Part shown: one piece after another, positions 51,631-64,000 of the stretch
Layout of the letters: every line of letters begins with the position of its first letter
Position numbering within the stretch: position 1 is the stretch's first letter
Assembly (NCBI RefSeq): GCF_964194155.1
Contig: NC_135909.1
Location: forward strand, 11,408,001-11,472,000
Direction: 5' to 3'
DNA: 64,000 nucleotides
Source: Cetorhinus maximus
Lineage: Eukaryota
Made by a program: the position numbers and the translations under genes
Notes under the pieces: model-generated
Seen by the model: the letters and a program-made list of their open reading frames with translations, nothing else
Told to the model about the DNA's origin: nothing
Database searches by the model: none

Positions 51631-53520
51631 GTGAACCTCACCCCCACATTCCTGTCTGCCCCCGATAGCCTTTCACCCCCTTGATAACTGACAATCCATA
51701 CAGCTCTACCGTTAAAATATTCAAAGACTGCGTCCACTGCCTTTTGAGGAAGAGAGTTCCAAGAATCACTGCGCTCAGAGAAATAAATGCTCCTCATCAA
51801 TGTCTTAAATGTGTGACCCCTTATTTTTAAACAATGACCCCCTAGTTCTAGCTTCTTCCACAAGAGGAAACATCATCTCCACATTCAACCTGTTAAGACT
51901 CTTCAGGGTCTTAAAGGTTTCAATCTAATCCCCTCTTACTCTTCTAAATTCCAGTCACAAAGATAGGCTAACCCGTCTAATCTTTCTTCATAAGACAACC
52001 GGCCCATTCCTGGTTTTAGTCTAATAAATATTCCCTGAACTGCTTAGAACACATTTAAATGTTTCCTTTAAATAAAGAGACCAATACTGTACACAGGACT
52101 CCAGATGTGGTCTCACCAGTGCCCTGTATAACTGATGTAGAACCTCCCTCTTTTTGAAATCAATTCCCCTCACAATAAATGTTAACATTCTGTTAGTTCT
52201 CCTAATTAACTACTGTACATGCATTCTAACCTTTTGTGATTTATGCTCTAGCACACCCAAATCCCTCTGAATCGCAGAGCTCTGCAATATCTCACCATTT
52301 AGATAAGGAGCTTCATTTTTATTCTTCCTGCCAAAATGAACAATTTCACATTTCCCCACGTTATACTCCATTTGCCAGAGCTTTGCCCACTCAAACATTC
52401 TATGTCCCTTTGTAGCCTCTTTAAGTCCTCTTCACAATTTACTTTCTACCTATCGTTGTGCCATCATTAAATTTAGTAACCATTCCTTCAGTCCCTTCAT
52501 CGAGTCATTTATATACATTATAAAAAGTTGAGGGCCCAGCAATGATTTGATGGCCGGCACGGGCAAGATGGGCTGAAGAGCCTGTTTCTGTGCTAGTTAA
52601 CTCAATGACACTGATCCCTCTGGCACACTACTCACCATATCCTGCCAACCAAAAAAGGACCCATTTATGTCAACTCTCTGCTTCTTATCAGCTCACCAAT
52701 CTTCCATCCATGCCAATATGTTAGCCCCTACACTGTGGTCTTTTTATTTTCCACAATTACCTTTGATGTGGAGCTTTAGCAAATGCCTTCTGGAAATCTA
52801 AGTACAGTGCATCCACCGGTTCCCCTTTATCCACTGCACATGTGACTCCATCAAAGAACTCCAATAAATTGGTGAAATATGATTTTCCTATCACAAAGCC
52901 ATGTTGACTCTGCCAGATTGCCTTGAATTTTTCTAAGTGCCCTGCTATCTTTAATAATAGCTTGTAACATTTTGCCTATGACAGATGTTCGGCTAACTGG
53001 CCTTTAGCTTTCTAATTTCTGTCTCCCTCCCTTTTTTAATGAAGGAGTTACGTTCGCTATTTTCCAATCTAATTGAACCTTCCCCATATCTGGGGAATTT
53101 TGAAAATTAAAACAAACGCACCAACAATCTCACTAGCCACTTCTTTCAAGAATTTGGGGTGAAATCCATCCAGACCTGGGGATTTCACAGCCCGACGCCC
53201 CAACAATTTTCTCAATACCACTTCCATGGTGATTGTAATTTTCCACGAGTTCCTGCCTCTCTTCCATTTCCTGATTTACAGCTTTTTCCAGGGTATTACT
53301 TGTGTCATCTATGGTGAAGACTGAAGCACGATACCTGTTTAGTTCATCCGCCATCTCCCTATTTTGCATTTTCAATTCCTGAAATGCTCTTACTATAGGA
53401 CTAACTCATTTCTTATTTAAACATCTACATAACCTCCCTTTGGAATTGTTGCTTCTGATTGGAATGCATGTATTTTGTGTATTCTGAAATATCCCTTTAA
53501 ATATCTGCCACTGCCTATCC
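51630..53520 (-). mobile_element. CR1 LINE ORF2 3' part, inverted
   Basis: EWAKLWQMEYNVGKCEIVHFGRKN...QRDLGV; MADELNRYRASVFT. Confidence 0.88.
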
Positions 53521-53624
53521 CTCGGCCATGATCTTATTGAATGGCGGAACAGGCTCGAGCTGCTGAGGGGCCTACTCCTGCTCCTGGTTCGTATGTTCAT
53601 ATCTATTTTAGTACCACCGACTGA

Positions 53625-53900
53625 AAGAATTAATCCCACTCTCACACACAGCACCACCGAATGACTGAATTAATCCCACTCTCACATACAGCACCACCGA
53701 ATGACTGAATTAATCCCACCCTCACATATAGCATCACCGAATGACTGAATTAATCCCACTCTCACAGACAGCACCACCGAATGACTGAATTAATCCCACT
53801 CTCTCACACAGCACCACCGAATGACTGAATTAATCCCACTCTCACAGACAGTATCACTGACAGAATTAATCCCACAGTCACATACAGTATCACTGACTGA
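53625..53900. repeat. 40 bp tandem repeat (aattaatcccactctcacacacagcaccaccgaatgactg), ~5 near-perfect plus diverged copies
   Basis: Period 40 visible; homogenised form of the local satellite. Confidence 0.9.
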
Positions 53901-54840
53901 CTGAAGTAATCTCACATTCAGCACTGAAGACAAACAGATGCAGAATATGTTCAAAAGACTCCCAGATATTGACAATGACTCACATTCCCATTCAATACCA
54001 GAAACTGACAGATACAGACTGAATTCCACACTCACCTTGCGGATCAGCACTAATCTCACATTCAAACACAGTCCCAGGCTCTGAAAGTGAATGAAAAGTG
54101 CACACTCGGATAGTAGCACAGGCTGAAAGATATACAATCAATGCTACACTGATCTACAGTGTCAGAGACTGAGAAACACGGTGTGAATCTCATTTGTAGT
54201 TCAATAAACTGACAGGTACAGAATAAATCCTGCACTCATATTTAAGCCGCAGGTGACAGATACGGAGTTCATCCAAAATTGCATATATTCCCAAATTGAG
54301 AATGGATCCCCCGCTCACTCACATTCATCCTGAACTGACAGACGCACAATGAGTTTTAAACACTCCCAAAGACAGGTACAGAATAAATTCTACACTCTCA
54401 CGACGTACCACAGCCTCAACCCACTACCACTCACACACACATACTCACACAATATCCCAGTGAGTAATTCGCACACGTTACAAGAGTTCCAGGAGGAATC
54501 CCGCTTTTCCGTTCAGTCCCTCTGTGGAGAAGGGCCCCTCGCACGAACAACCAGACGACAATTCCCGGTGTATCTTCACAAACTGGGACTGGAGAGAATC
54601 CTGATAAAATTTATTTCCTGATTGTAGTAAAAGGGATAATGATTGGTGGAGAAGTCGAAATTTGATTGGTGTCTTTAAATATGCAATCAGAGAAAAGTAC
54701 AAAATAAGTGGCTGTTGTATTTTTTTAAATGTCCAATCAGAATCATTGTTTCCCCATTCCTCATTAGCATAGGTCTGTCAGACTGTTTATTTAATTGGCG
54801 CTCGGAAGGGGTTTGTTTTATTCTGTGTTTGAAAGTGACG

Positions 54841-55215
54841 ATGGTTGATGAGAAGAAACCAGTTCCCAAGAAGGGAGCCAAGAAAGCCTTAAAGAAACCG
54901 GTAGCGAAGGGCGGCAAGAAGCGGCGAAAGTCGAGGAAGGAGAGTTACGCCATCTACATCTACAAAGTGATGAAGCAGGTTCACCCCGACACCGGCATCT
55001 CCTCCAAGGCCATGAGCATCATGAACTCGTTCGTGAACGATATTTTCGAGCGCATCGCGGGTGAGGCTTCCCGCCTGGCCCATTACAACAAGCGCAGCAC
55101 CATCAGCTCCCGGGAGATCCAGACCGCCGTGCGCCTGCTGCTGCCCGGGGAACTGGCCAAGCACGCCGTGTCGGAAGGGACAAAGGCGGTGACCAAGTAC
55201 ACCAGCTCCAAGTAA
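54841..55215 (+). CDS. H2B: Histone H2B (124 aa)
   Basis: [11 protein letters not shown]...KYTSSK; CCAAT and ATTAGCAT (54763-54770) upstream. Confidence 0.97.
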   Translation: MVDEKKPVPKKGAKKALKKPVAKGGKKRRKSRKESYAIYIYKVMKQVHPDTGISSKAMSIMNSFVNDIFERIAGEASRLAHYNKRSTISSREIQTAVRLLLPGELAKHAVSEGTKAVTKYTSSK

Positions 55216-55242
55216 AACCCCAGAACTGATTCAAAACACAAC

Positions 55243-55258
55243 GGCTCTTTTAAGAGCC
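55243..55258 (+). terminator. Histone 3' stem-loop
   Basis: GGCTCTTTTAAGAGCC followed by ACCCA. Confidence 0.95.
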
Positions 55259-55379
55259 ACCCACAATCACTCTGAAAAAGCTATATCATTACATTACTTC
55301 TAAATTTATGTTTTAGCTATGAAGCATTTCGAATTGTGAAATTGTTATTTTGATCACGTTTCAATCAGAGATTCTCGGT

Positions 55380-55533
55380 AATGTAGATTTAAAACAAAAA
55401 CAGAATTACCTGGAAAAACTCAGCAGGTCTGTCAGCATCGGTGGAGAAGAAATCAGTTAACGTTTCGAGTCTTTATGACCCTTCGGCAGAACTGAACACA
55501 CTCGACCTCTCCCTGACGTGAATGTAGATTTAA
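55380..55533 (-). mobile_element. 128 bp Penelope-terminal-repeat insertion with 13 bp TSD and hammerhead-like motif (55453-55495)
   Basis: TSD aatgtagatttaa at 55380-55392 and 55521-55533; minus strand tcagtt-CTGCCGA-A-GGGTC-ataaa-GACTC-GAAA-CGTT-aactga. Confidence 0.85.
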
Positions 55534-56255
55534 TTCTCGTTCAATTGTTGGGTCTCGTTAATGATGCCCCATAAATTAATGACTTGCCGCTCACCCTCTG
55601 CGCTTTGTTTTAAGACGCGTCATATTCGACCCCTTTCCCTGGTTTTGGAGAGAGAGCGAATAGAACGTAAATGATTCAGTTTCCAATTTGGTTCAAGTTT
55701 GGCCTCCATAATCGATCAGTTCATTTCCTGTAAGCACCGGTTGTGTAGCAACCTTCAGTCTAAACACTGGCAAATTTACTCCAAGTATGTTCAATTTTGG
55801 CTGTCACAAATATCTACAATATACCGTCTATCAGCAGAACGATGTAAATGGCACTTTCAGCCGGCTGCTTAGTAGGTTTCATGACGGATCGAGATTATCT
55901 CGAATTGATGCCGGATTCTTAAAGCGGATCTGGAATTTAGGATAAAATGTGAAATAGTCCCATCAGGGAAGGACATTTGTAAAACTTTGTCATCAGACCG
56001 TGTTCACTATTAACTGGATTTTCTATATGAAATGTATTTCTTGTTTTATAAATATATCGGAGGTAATTTCGATGTCGAATAAAAAACAAACATTCCATAA
56101 GTTTGCGCCGTTATTTTCGACTTGTTTTCAGATACACATAAACCCAGACAGAAAATCAAAAACTGAAATATACAAAAAAATGTAGTCCAGGGAAAGAGAG
56201 AGAGAGAGAGATGAAGTGAATATAACATTCGAATACTAAATACTGAATAACTATT

Positions 56256-56369
56256 TCCAATTAGTACTCGAAACGTCAACTTTGTTCCTCGCCGCAGATG
56301 AATTTTTCCAGGTATTTTTGTTTCAGATTTCCAGGATCACCAGTATTTTGCTTTTATCCAATTAGTACT
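56256..56369 (+). mobile_element. 88 bp Penelope-terminal-repeat insertion with 13 bp TSD
   Basis: TSD tccaattagtact at 56256-56268 and 56357-56369; insert begins cgaaacgtcaact (3' half of the hammerhead). Confidence 0.85.
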
Positions 56370-56404
56370 ATGTTCGTCCGTTTTTTTTTTTGGCTTTTTT
56401 TTTA

Positions 56405-56615
56405 CAAATTTGGCGGGCTTTTAAAATTTGAAAGAAAAATCAGTTGGAATCTCAAAATTTGGCGCCGTAATTTTCCGCCCTCATCCGTAGAGTCTCCGGA
56501 TTGGTGAGTTCAGTAGATATCTGATTGGTGATGTGAACAACATTATGAGATGCAGCAACAAAGTGACCAATCAGCAATGCCCGCAGCACCATTCCTCCCG
56601 AAGCTATAAGAGAAG
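56405..56615 (+). promoter_or_regulatory. H2A promoter: E2F-like TTTGGCGG/TTTGGCGC sites, CCAAT boxes, TATAAG
   Basis: Motifs conserved with the paralogue at 37345-37555. Confidence 0.7.
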
Positions 56616-56659
56616 CGAATGCGAGCGCATTTCCTCATTCTTTGTGAAAGTATTTGTGA

Positions 56660-57061
<402 letters not shown>

Positions 57062-57091
57062 AGCGGCCATTCCTTAATCCAATAACCCAAA

Positions 57092-57132
57092 GGCTCTTTT
57101 CAGAGCCACTCACAGGATCATTGAAAGGGCTG
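57092..57132 (+). terminator. Histone stem-loop (57092-57107) and HDE AAAGGGCTG (57124-57132)
   Basis: GGCTCTTTTCAGAGCC. Confidence 0.95.
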
Positions 57133-57295
57133 CTCACTGTGTGAACTCATTTCATTCTGGCTCTGATGAAGCGTAATGCCGATTCGGGACGGTAACTCTG
57201 TCCCCACACAGATGCTGCCAGACCTGGGGGCGGGGGGAAGCTTTAGGTCATAACACGAGGCGCTGAGGTTCTGAGACTCCAAACGCGCGTCGGCG

Positions 57296-57535
57296 ATGCC
57301 AGTCACAGTGGGACCGTACGGGCAGTCACAGCCCAGCTGCTTTGACAGAGTTAAAATGGGCTTCATGATGGGCTGTGCAGTTGGCATGGCAGCTGGTGCA
57401 CTTTTTGGCAGTTTTTCATGCCTCAGGCTGGGGCTGAGAGGTCGAGAGCTGCTGGGTGGTGTTGGGAAGACCATGATGCAGAGTGGAGGCACGTTTGGAA
57501 CGTTCATGGCGATTGGAATGGGAATCAGATGCTAA
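57296..57535 (+). CDS. ROMO1: Reactive oxygen species modulator 1 (Romo1/Mgr2 family); intact, intronless retrocopy
   Basis: 79 aa [38 protein letters not shown]...[15 protein letters not shown], near-identical to vertebrate ROMO1; ATTAAA 57630-57635 and A10 57655-57664. Confidence 0.93.
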   Translation: MPVTVGPYGQSQPSCFDRVKMGFMMGCAVGMAAGALFGSFSCLRLGLRGRELLGGVGKTMMQSGGTFGTFMAIGMGIRC

Positions 57536-58085
57536 CAATCAGTCTTTTCTTTCTGCTGAAATTTCAAGTGTTGCAGATAATGTATGACCTGTCTCTGTCC
57601 CCTTGATTACCAGCTGTATAATAATGGAGATTAAAGTGTATGATTTACTATTGCAAAAAAAAAATTTGGAGAGCAAATGCAGACACGAAAGGAATGAATG
57701 GCCTCCTGTGCTATGCAAATTCTTTTATATTCTATGGTATATATGTGCACCGGAGGGATACACGTTTGTTGCTCAGGGCGTTGCCTTTATTGGGCACTGA
57801 CTTGTAACCCGCAGCTCACCCTTTTCCCGGGATAGTTGTCTGCTCGCAGTATTTAATACATTATCAGCGCCGCCATTTATTGTAAGTATCCTAGAGCACT
57901 AAGGTGACCGCAGTGCCAATTTTCTGTTGAAATTAAGACACCATCTGCGCTACAATTTACAACTGCATCGTCTGTGATTGTCAATCCCACAAAATAGATT
58001 TGTAGAGAACAAAAAATAAACTGTTGCAACTTAGTGAAATGTATCTAAGCAATGTCTAAGTGCTGGATTTGTAAACAGGAGATCG

Positions 58086-58126
58086 CAGCTCTTTCATGTG
58101 TCGATTTAGTGGCTCTTAAAAGAGCC
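58086..58126 (-). terminator. Histone stem-loop (58111-58126) and HDE AAAGAGCTG
   Basis: GGCTCTTTTAAGAGCC on the minus strand. Confidence 0.95.
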
Positions 58127-58156
58127 GTTTGTTGTACTTGGTGCTGAAGCCGGGTT

Positions 58157-58755
<599 letters not shown>

Positions 58756-58829
58756 CTGGCCATTTTCTGAACAGATTCACCACAATGTCAGCTGCAAGAA
58801 CTATTAAGACAAACTGCACTGCAACTCGC

Positions 58830-58950
58830 CTTTTTAAACTCTGTGAGGAACCGCCCCGAACAGTAATTGGCTGCAGCCTTACGCCCAGGCAGTTTTATCC
58901 AAAATCTAACCAATGAACTAATCCCTGGCAACTCAGGTCTCCATTGGTCG
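58830..58950 (-). promoter_or_regulatory. H3 promoter (CCAAT x3, GC box, TTTAAAAA)
   Basis: attgg 58866, ccaat 58910, attgg 58943, ccgcccc 58851; conserved with 13010-13130. Confidence 0.75.
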
Positions 58951-60053
58951 AGTTGTTTTTAATCGCTCATTTGAAAAATTCCGCCTTTATTTCCAGCTGT
59001 TTACCGCCTCGACATCAGAAGACTTTGTTCCTCCATTTTTAAAATTAAAAATTTTCACTGCAAATCATTATTTCCTAACCCGAATGAAATTCCTGTTCAT
59101 TTAACCTATTCCGACAATTTTTAAACCCGGCATCATCCTGGTGAACCTCCACATTTTTGGACAGAAACACCAGTCTGTTGTGTGAACTGTGTACAGTCAG
59201 TGCTGGATTTCGCAGGCAAAAATTGAAGGACTGTCCATTGCTCCCTCCAGCACAACCAAACCTTAAAATCGCCGCTCGCTTCGAGGTCTGGAGTGGGTAA
59301 TAAAATGGAACCGGTGCTGGGGGCTTCAGACCCCTTCCCATTGCCCTCTTTCTGGGCAGATCATGACGATAATGAGCGGGGAAAGGGACCGGCTCGATTC
59401 TCCCGCTGTTCCCGGCCTGACAGATCCCATTTCCTGAAAGGAGATTGACAAATTCAGACTGTTCCTAAAATAGCGCCAAGATTTTGTGACAGGGAGTGCA
59501 ATATAACAGATCATAAAGTGAGAGATTAAAAATTGTTGCCTGAAAATTAAGGTTATCTTGTATATTCCAACAGTGGAATTGGCGGGCTTTTCGAATTCGA
59601 AGAAAAATAAACCAATCATAATTTTCGACCTCATCCACATGACTCTGCGATTGGTTAAGAATTAGACAAAGAAGACGGTGACCAATCAGAGCTAGAGTCC
59701 GGCTCAGACTGCGGGAATTCCAGGTCGCCGAGTGGCTGAGCTGAAACTGTTCAGTTTCCCAAACCCTGTCAGTAACTTCACGAACATACGTGGGAACATT
59801 GAGTTTCGGAGCAGGAGGAGGCCACTCAGCCCTTCGAGACTGATCCTATTCAGTGAAATCATGGATGATCTGATTGTAACCTCAACTCCACTGACGCATT
59901 GAACGGCTGGTGTCACCGAGAATAAAACATTTGGAATATGTGAAGTAGCGGAGAGGCTTTTCAGCGTCAGTGGAGAATGTGCCATCCAGGTTAATAAACA
60001 ACGATTAAATCGAGTTACTTAGCACATCCCCCCGAACCCCGGAACAAATCAGG

Positions 60054-60221
60054 CACTAAAATAAATGAAAAATACTGCGGATGCCGGAAATCTGAATTAA
60101 GAACAGAATATGCTGGAAACCTCCGTATGTCTCACAGCTTCTGTGGATAGAAAAGAGTTAGCGTTTGTAGTCCGTTTCACTCTTCGTTAGTCCTCTTTTT
60201 TCTGTTTCAGACACTCACTAA
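60054..60221 (-). mobile_element. 156 bp Penelope-terminal-repeat insertion with 6 bp TSD, degenerate hammerhead
   Basis: cactaa at 60054-60059 and 60216-60221; aatactgcggatgccggaaatctgaa; absent at the H4 paralogue (~12198). Confidence 0.75.
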
Positions 60222-60288
60222 CATTCCCGATAACAGCCCATCCCAGCTCCCGTTCCCAGGTCTCTGCTCTCTCTGTGAGGTGGTGGGT

Positions 60289-60304
60289 GGCCCTGAAAAG
60301 AGCC
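60289..60304 (-). terminator. Histone 3' stem-loop (one U-G pair)
   Basis: GGCTCTTTTCAGGGCC followed by ACCCA. Confidence 0.9.
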
Positions 60305-60338
60305 TTTGTTGTGTGTCTGGTAGAAAGGGTCGAGTTGT

Positions 60339-60659
<321 letters not shown>

Positions 60660-61139
60660 TCACTCAGATCGCTGCAGAATATGAGACACGAGCTGCTTCA
60701 CGTTCCTCTTTTAAAGAGCCCGCCCCGACGTGACTGAAAAACGCGGTTTGAGAGCAGGGAGGGGAGGAGACAGAGTGAAGATTAAACAGAGAGCGGGAGG
60801 GGGGAGAGAGCCGGAGTGACAGACAGAGAGAGAACAGCCCCTGATCTTTCAGCTCCTCCTCCAGTTTCTGCAACCGCCAATTTCATCCCGTTTATTACCA
60901 ATGGAACCGAGACACAAACCTGGACAGACCCGGGCTTCACAGTCAGGAGTTTCCGCAAACCCGGGGCTTTGAAATATGCTCTCGTTATAATTAACACTCA
61001 GTAATATTCCGACCTAAACACAGTCTATACTAAAACAGGAATCATCCTCAGTAACATCACCATCCTCATACACACACGGTTCCAGCATTTTACAAGCTGT
61101 CTGGGGGAATCTCGGGTTAAAATTGATGTTGTAAAGCGG

Positions 61140-61800
61140 CCTTTACCCACCAGTGTACCCCCGCCACACGTCCACTCGCACCCAACGCCCCTTGCCCCCC
61201 GCGCCGACACAGGTTCGGAGATTTTGTTCTCTCTGTGATGAGATTGAAATGGGGAAAATTCCCATTGATTTTAGCGTTTGAATTGTCGCCGTGGAGTTCT
61301 GCGCATGCGCAGTTTAAACCCTTCCCCGGAGTCGTCACAATGAGGATAAGAGCGCATGCGCAACCCCTCCCCCAACAATGGCCGACAGCGTCATTCACTC
61401 AGTGAGCGGAATAGGGTTTAATTCAGCAGCGATCGGAGACATCACCGCCCCAGAGGGAAGTGAACAAACAGCATCTGCTTAAAGCAGCGCATCGGTTTGG
61501 AGCCGCGTCCGCAGATATGCTCAGAGATTGGCACTGAGTGTCCGGGCAGCTGAGGCGGAGGCGGCGGCTGTTTTTAATGGGCTCCCTGGAACACGAGCTG
61601 CTCCCGGAACATGGAGTGAGCGGGGGGAAGGGAGAGGCCATTCTCGAGCAGTGTCTGGACAGAGTGAGAAGAACTCGCCATTGAAGATCATTGCTGCTTT
61701 CTCTCCCCAAACCCGAGTGAAGCTTCCTGGCTTAGTTCCGGCTCCCACTGTCCCTTGTTATTGGACAGAGAATGGCGGGGGAAATAGCCGCACAGTAACA
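61140..61800. promoter_or_regulatory. CpG-island-like promoter with two NRF1 sites
   Basis: TGCGCATGCGCA 61300-61311, GCGCATGCGCA 61352-61362, YY1-like CAATGGCCG ~61377. Confidence 0.6.
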
Positions 61801-62749
61801 ATGTTTCCAGTTACACAAAGAAGATCAATTTCAGGCACCAGGTGAGAAGTGTGAAAGAGACATTTAAAACTGTGCCTGCTTGTTTCCAGGTCCACTGTTA
61901 GTTGAAAGGGAGCAGCAAATAGAAACCTGACTCTTGCGAAAGTCACTCCTCCATCGGATAGTCTAATTCAAGGAGCAGTGCACAGGACAGGTTGTTTCTA
62001 ATGTCATTAAATTGTTGTAAAACCGCTCAAAATAGCAGATGAGCAGAAACAGATTGCTCCAGTACCGTGATGGGGTCAGACACTGATATGCTGCTAGTTT
62101 TGCTTTGTTGATTGTTCATTATAATAAGTTATTTTTAAAATACATTGATCACTTTTGTATCTTCTACTTCATCTATTCTTCGGGTAATGGAGTTATGTTT
62201 TCTGTGTGTACGGAAAGAATTGAAGGAACCGGATGATTCCTCGAAACAAGGACAAGTGTAGCGTGATGATTCCAACTCACAGTAAGTACAATATCACTCA
62301 CAAAGCCCAGAGATACTGCCAGGTCTTTAGGCCAAAATATATCATATAGAGACCGACATAGACCCCAAGGTTGAGAGGCGCCCTTTCAATATAAGAGTCA
62401 AAAAGATCATTGGATGGGGAAGTTGATTCCATTTCCCTCCAACCCAGTACACCTGAGGACTAGGTACATCAATCCCAGGGCAAAAGCACAGCCACTATTT
62501 GATTTAAATACACGGAGTCACCTTGGCCAGTTATTAACTACATCAGACAACATTTACCTTAGTGTAAGATGCATGATGAATTGCTACTAAGCACCACAGA
62601 ATGTAGAGTGAGCTACACATTAAATACCAGTTCCAAAATCTGACGAAGTGTTAGACTAGAATATACAATTAAAGTATGAATTCCGTTTTTTTCAAACTGC
62701 AGGAATTACATAATGGACCATGCATCAGATTGATGCGAATATTATCACT

Positions 62750-64000
62750 TCAATTTGTTCTCACAGATACAAATTTAATACCACTGCACAACTCACACAG
62801 AACTACTGAATGTAGCCTGTAGATCATGCCTGAGATGCAGGTTAGGTACCAATACAGAAAACTCCCACACTTGCATTCAATGGCAGAGACACATAGATCG
62901 AGAATGAACCCCACACACACATGAAAGTCTAGAAACAGACATAAGAACAACAAATTCCAAATACACATTTAATCCAGGGATTGACAAATACAGAATTAAA
63001 GTTACTTTCATTTGCATTGCCATTGAGTAAAAGATGTAGAATGTAGCCCACTGTCACATACCCTATCAGAGACTGGCAAAGGTATAATAAATTCCAGAGT
63101 CTCTTATTGTACCTGAGACTGGCGGCCAAAAATAAACACATTCACATCGAGCAGTAGAGATTGAAAAATACAGAATGAAGCTCATAATCCCATTCGGTAT
63201 TGCACAGTGACAGGTAGAAATAAACCCCCCACACACACCCTTTACAAGGCAATGACTCAGAATGAAGCAGCACATTCACATACAATACCAGAAACTGACA
63301 AATATTGGATGATTCCCACCCTCAGTGTGGGCCAGATGCTGATGAAAACTGAATTAATGCACACTCACATTCAGTTTGAGAGATTGACTAATACAGAGGT
63401 ATGTCCACACTCACCAGAAACTGACATACACTGCATTAATCCCACTTTATACAGAGGACCAAACCCTGAAATGTAGAAAAGAAACCCCACAGGACTACAC
63501 ACAGATAAAGACAATAAGGCACAGACCAAAAGCAGTCATTTAAAGTGCCACCGACTAACAGGCAGAAGACAAATCTCATTCACAGACATTAATAGATGAA
63601 GAAAAAAGTAAAATCAACATCAGTGACACAATTATTTCCAGATATGGACAGCAAAAGCCTGAGTGCCACATTCACAGATGTTACGGTTGCAATTAATCTC
63701 CCTCTCATGTAAATTACCCTGGACCTACTGATACAGAAAGAATAATAAATCCAAATGCAAGACAAGACTTGGACACATACAGATTGAATGCAACAATATT
63801 GCACTTTACAGGTAACTGAAAGGAAGCACGGAATAGAACACTTTTTTATTTCACAAGTGATATATTGAAGCAAATCGAATCCCACACTGACATAGTATCA
63901 GAGAATGACATTCATATAATTTATCCTGCACTCATACACAGTCCCACAACTGACAGATACAGAGAGAAATCAACATTTGGTTACAGGCCCAGAGACTGTT
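62750..64000 (-). repeat. Degenerate satellite matrix (CA-rich orientation)
   Basis: Recurrent ccagagactgacagatacagaatgaatcccacact-like units. Confidence 0.6.

Noticed and set aside
53625-53900. CRISPR-like regular repeat
   Set aside because: Head-to-tail units with no unique spacers, no cas genes, eukaryotic context
54715-54840. N-terminal extension of the H2B ORF (likewise 38580-38612 and 37290-37295)
   Set aside because: Non-ATG starts running through promoter or 5'UTR; the true ATGs are conserved among paralogues
57155-57200. Functional hammerhead separating H2A from ROMO1
   Set aside because: Stem II does not pair and GAAA is mutated to GGGA; treated as an inactive remnant
57226-57700. 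TSD around the ROMO1 retrocopy
   Set aside because: No convincing direct repeat found by eye on both sides

Overview
Eukaryotic, repeat-rich vertebrate DNA, most likely a cartilaginous fish (inferred from the CR1, Penelope and SINE families and the H1/H2B tails). It is a replication-dependent histone locus. Intact genes are H1, H4 x2, H2A x2, H2B x2 and H3.2, all with a 3' stem-loop and most with a clear U7 downstream element (HDE). There is also a deletion-fused H3/H2B remnant, three initiator tRNA-Met genes (one degenerate) and an intact, intronless ROMO1 retrocopy just behind one H2A. Histone blocks occur as inverted and direct segmental duplicates in a degenerate ~40-44 bp satellite matrix, interrupted by CR1, CR1/L2-type, Tx1-like and Penelope retroelements. 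Most notable: (1) short Penelope-terminal-repeat elements carrying minimal hammerhead ribozyme motifs, three inserted with TSDs beside histone genes whose paralogues show the empty site; (2) the H2A-ROMO1 arrangement; (3) a SINE inserted at the H3 start codon that duplicated the ATG and created a uORF; (4) a ~20 kb palindrome. Repeat boundaries are approximate and family names come from motif recognition, not database searches.
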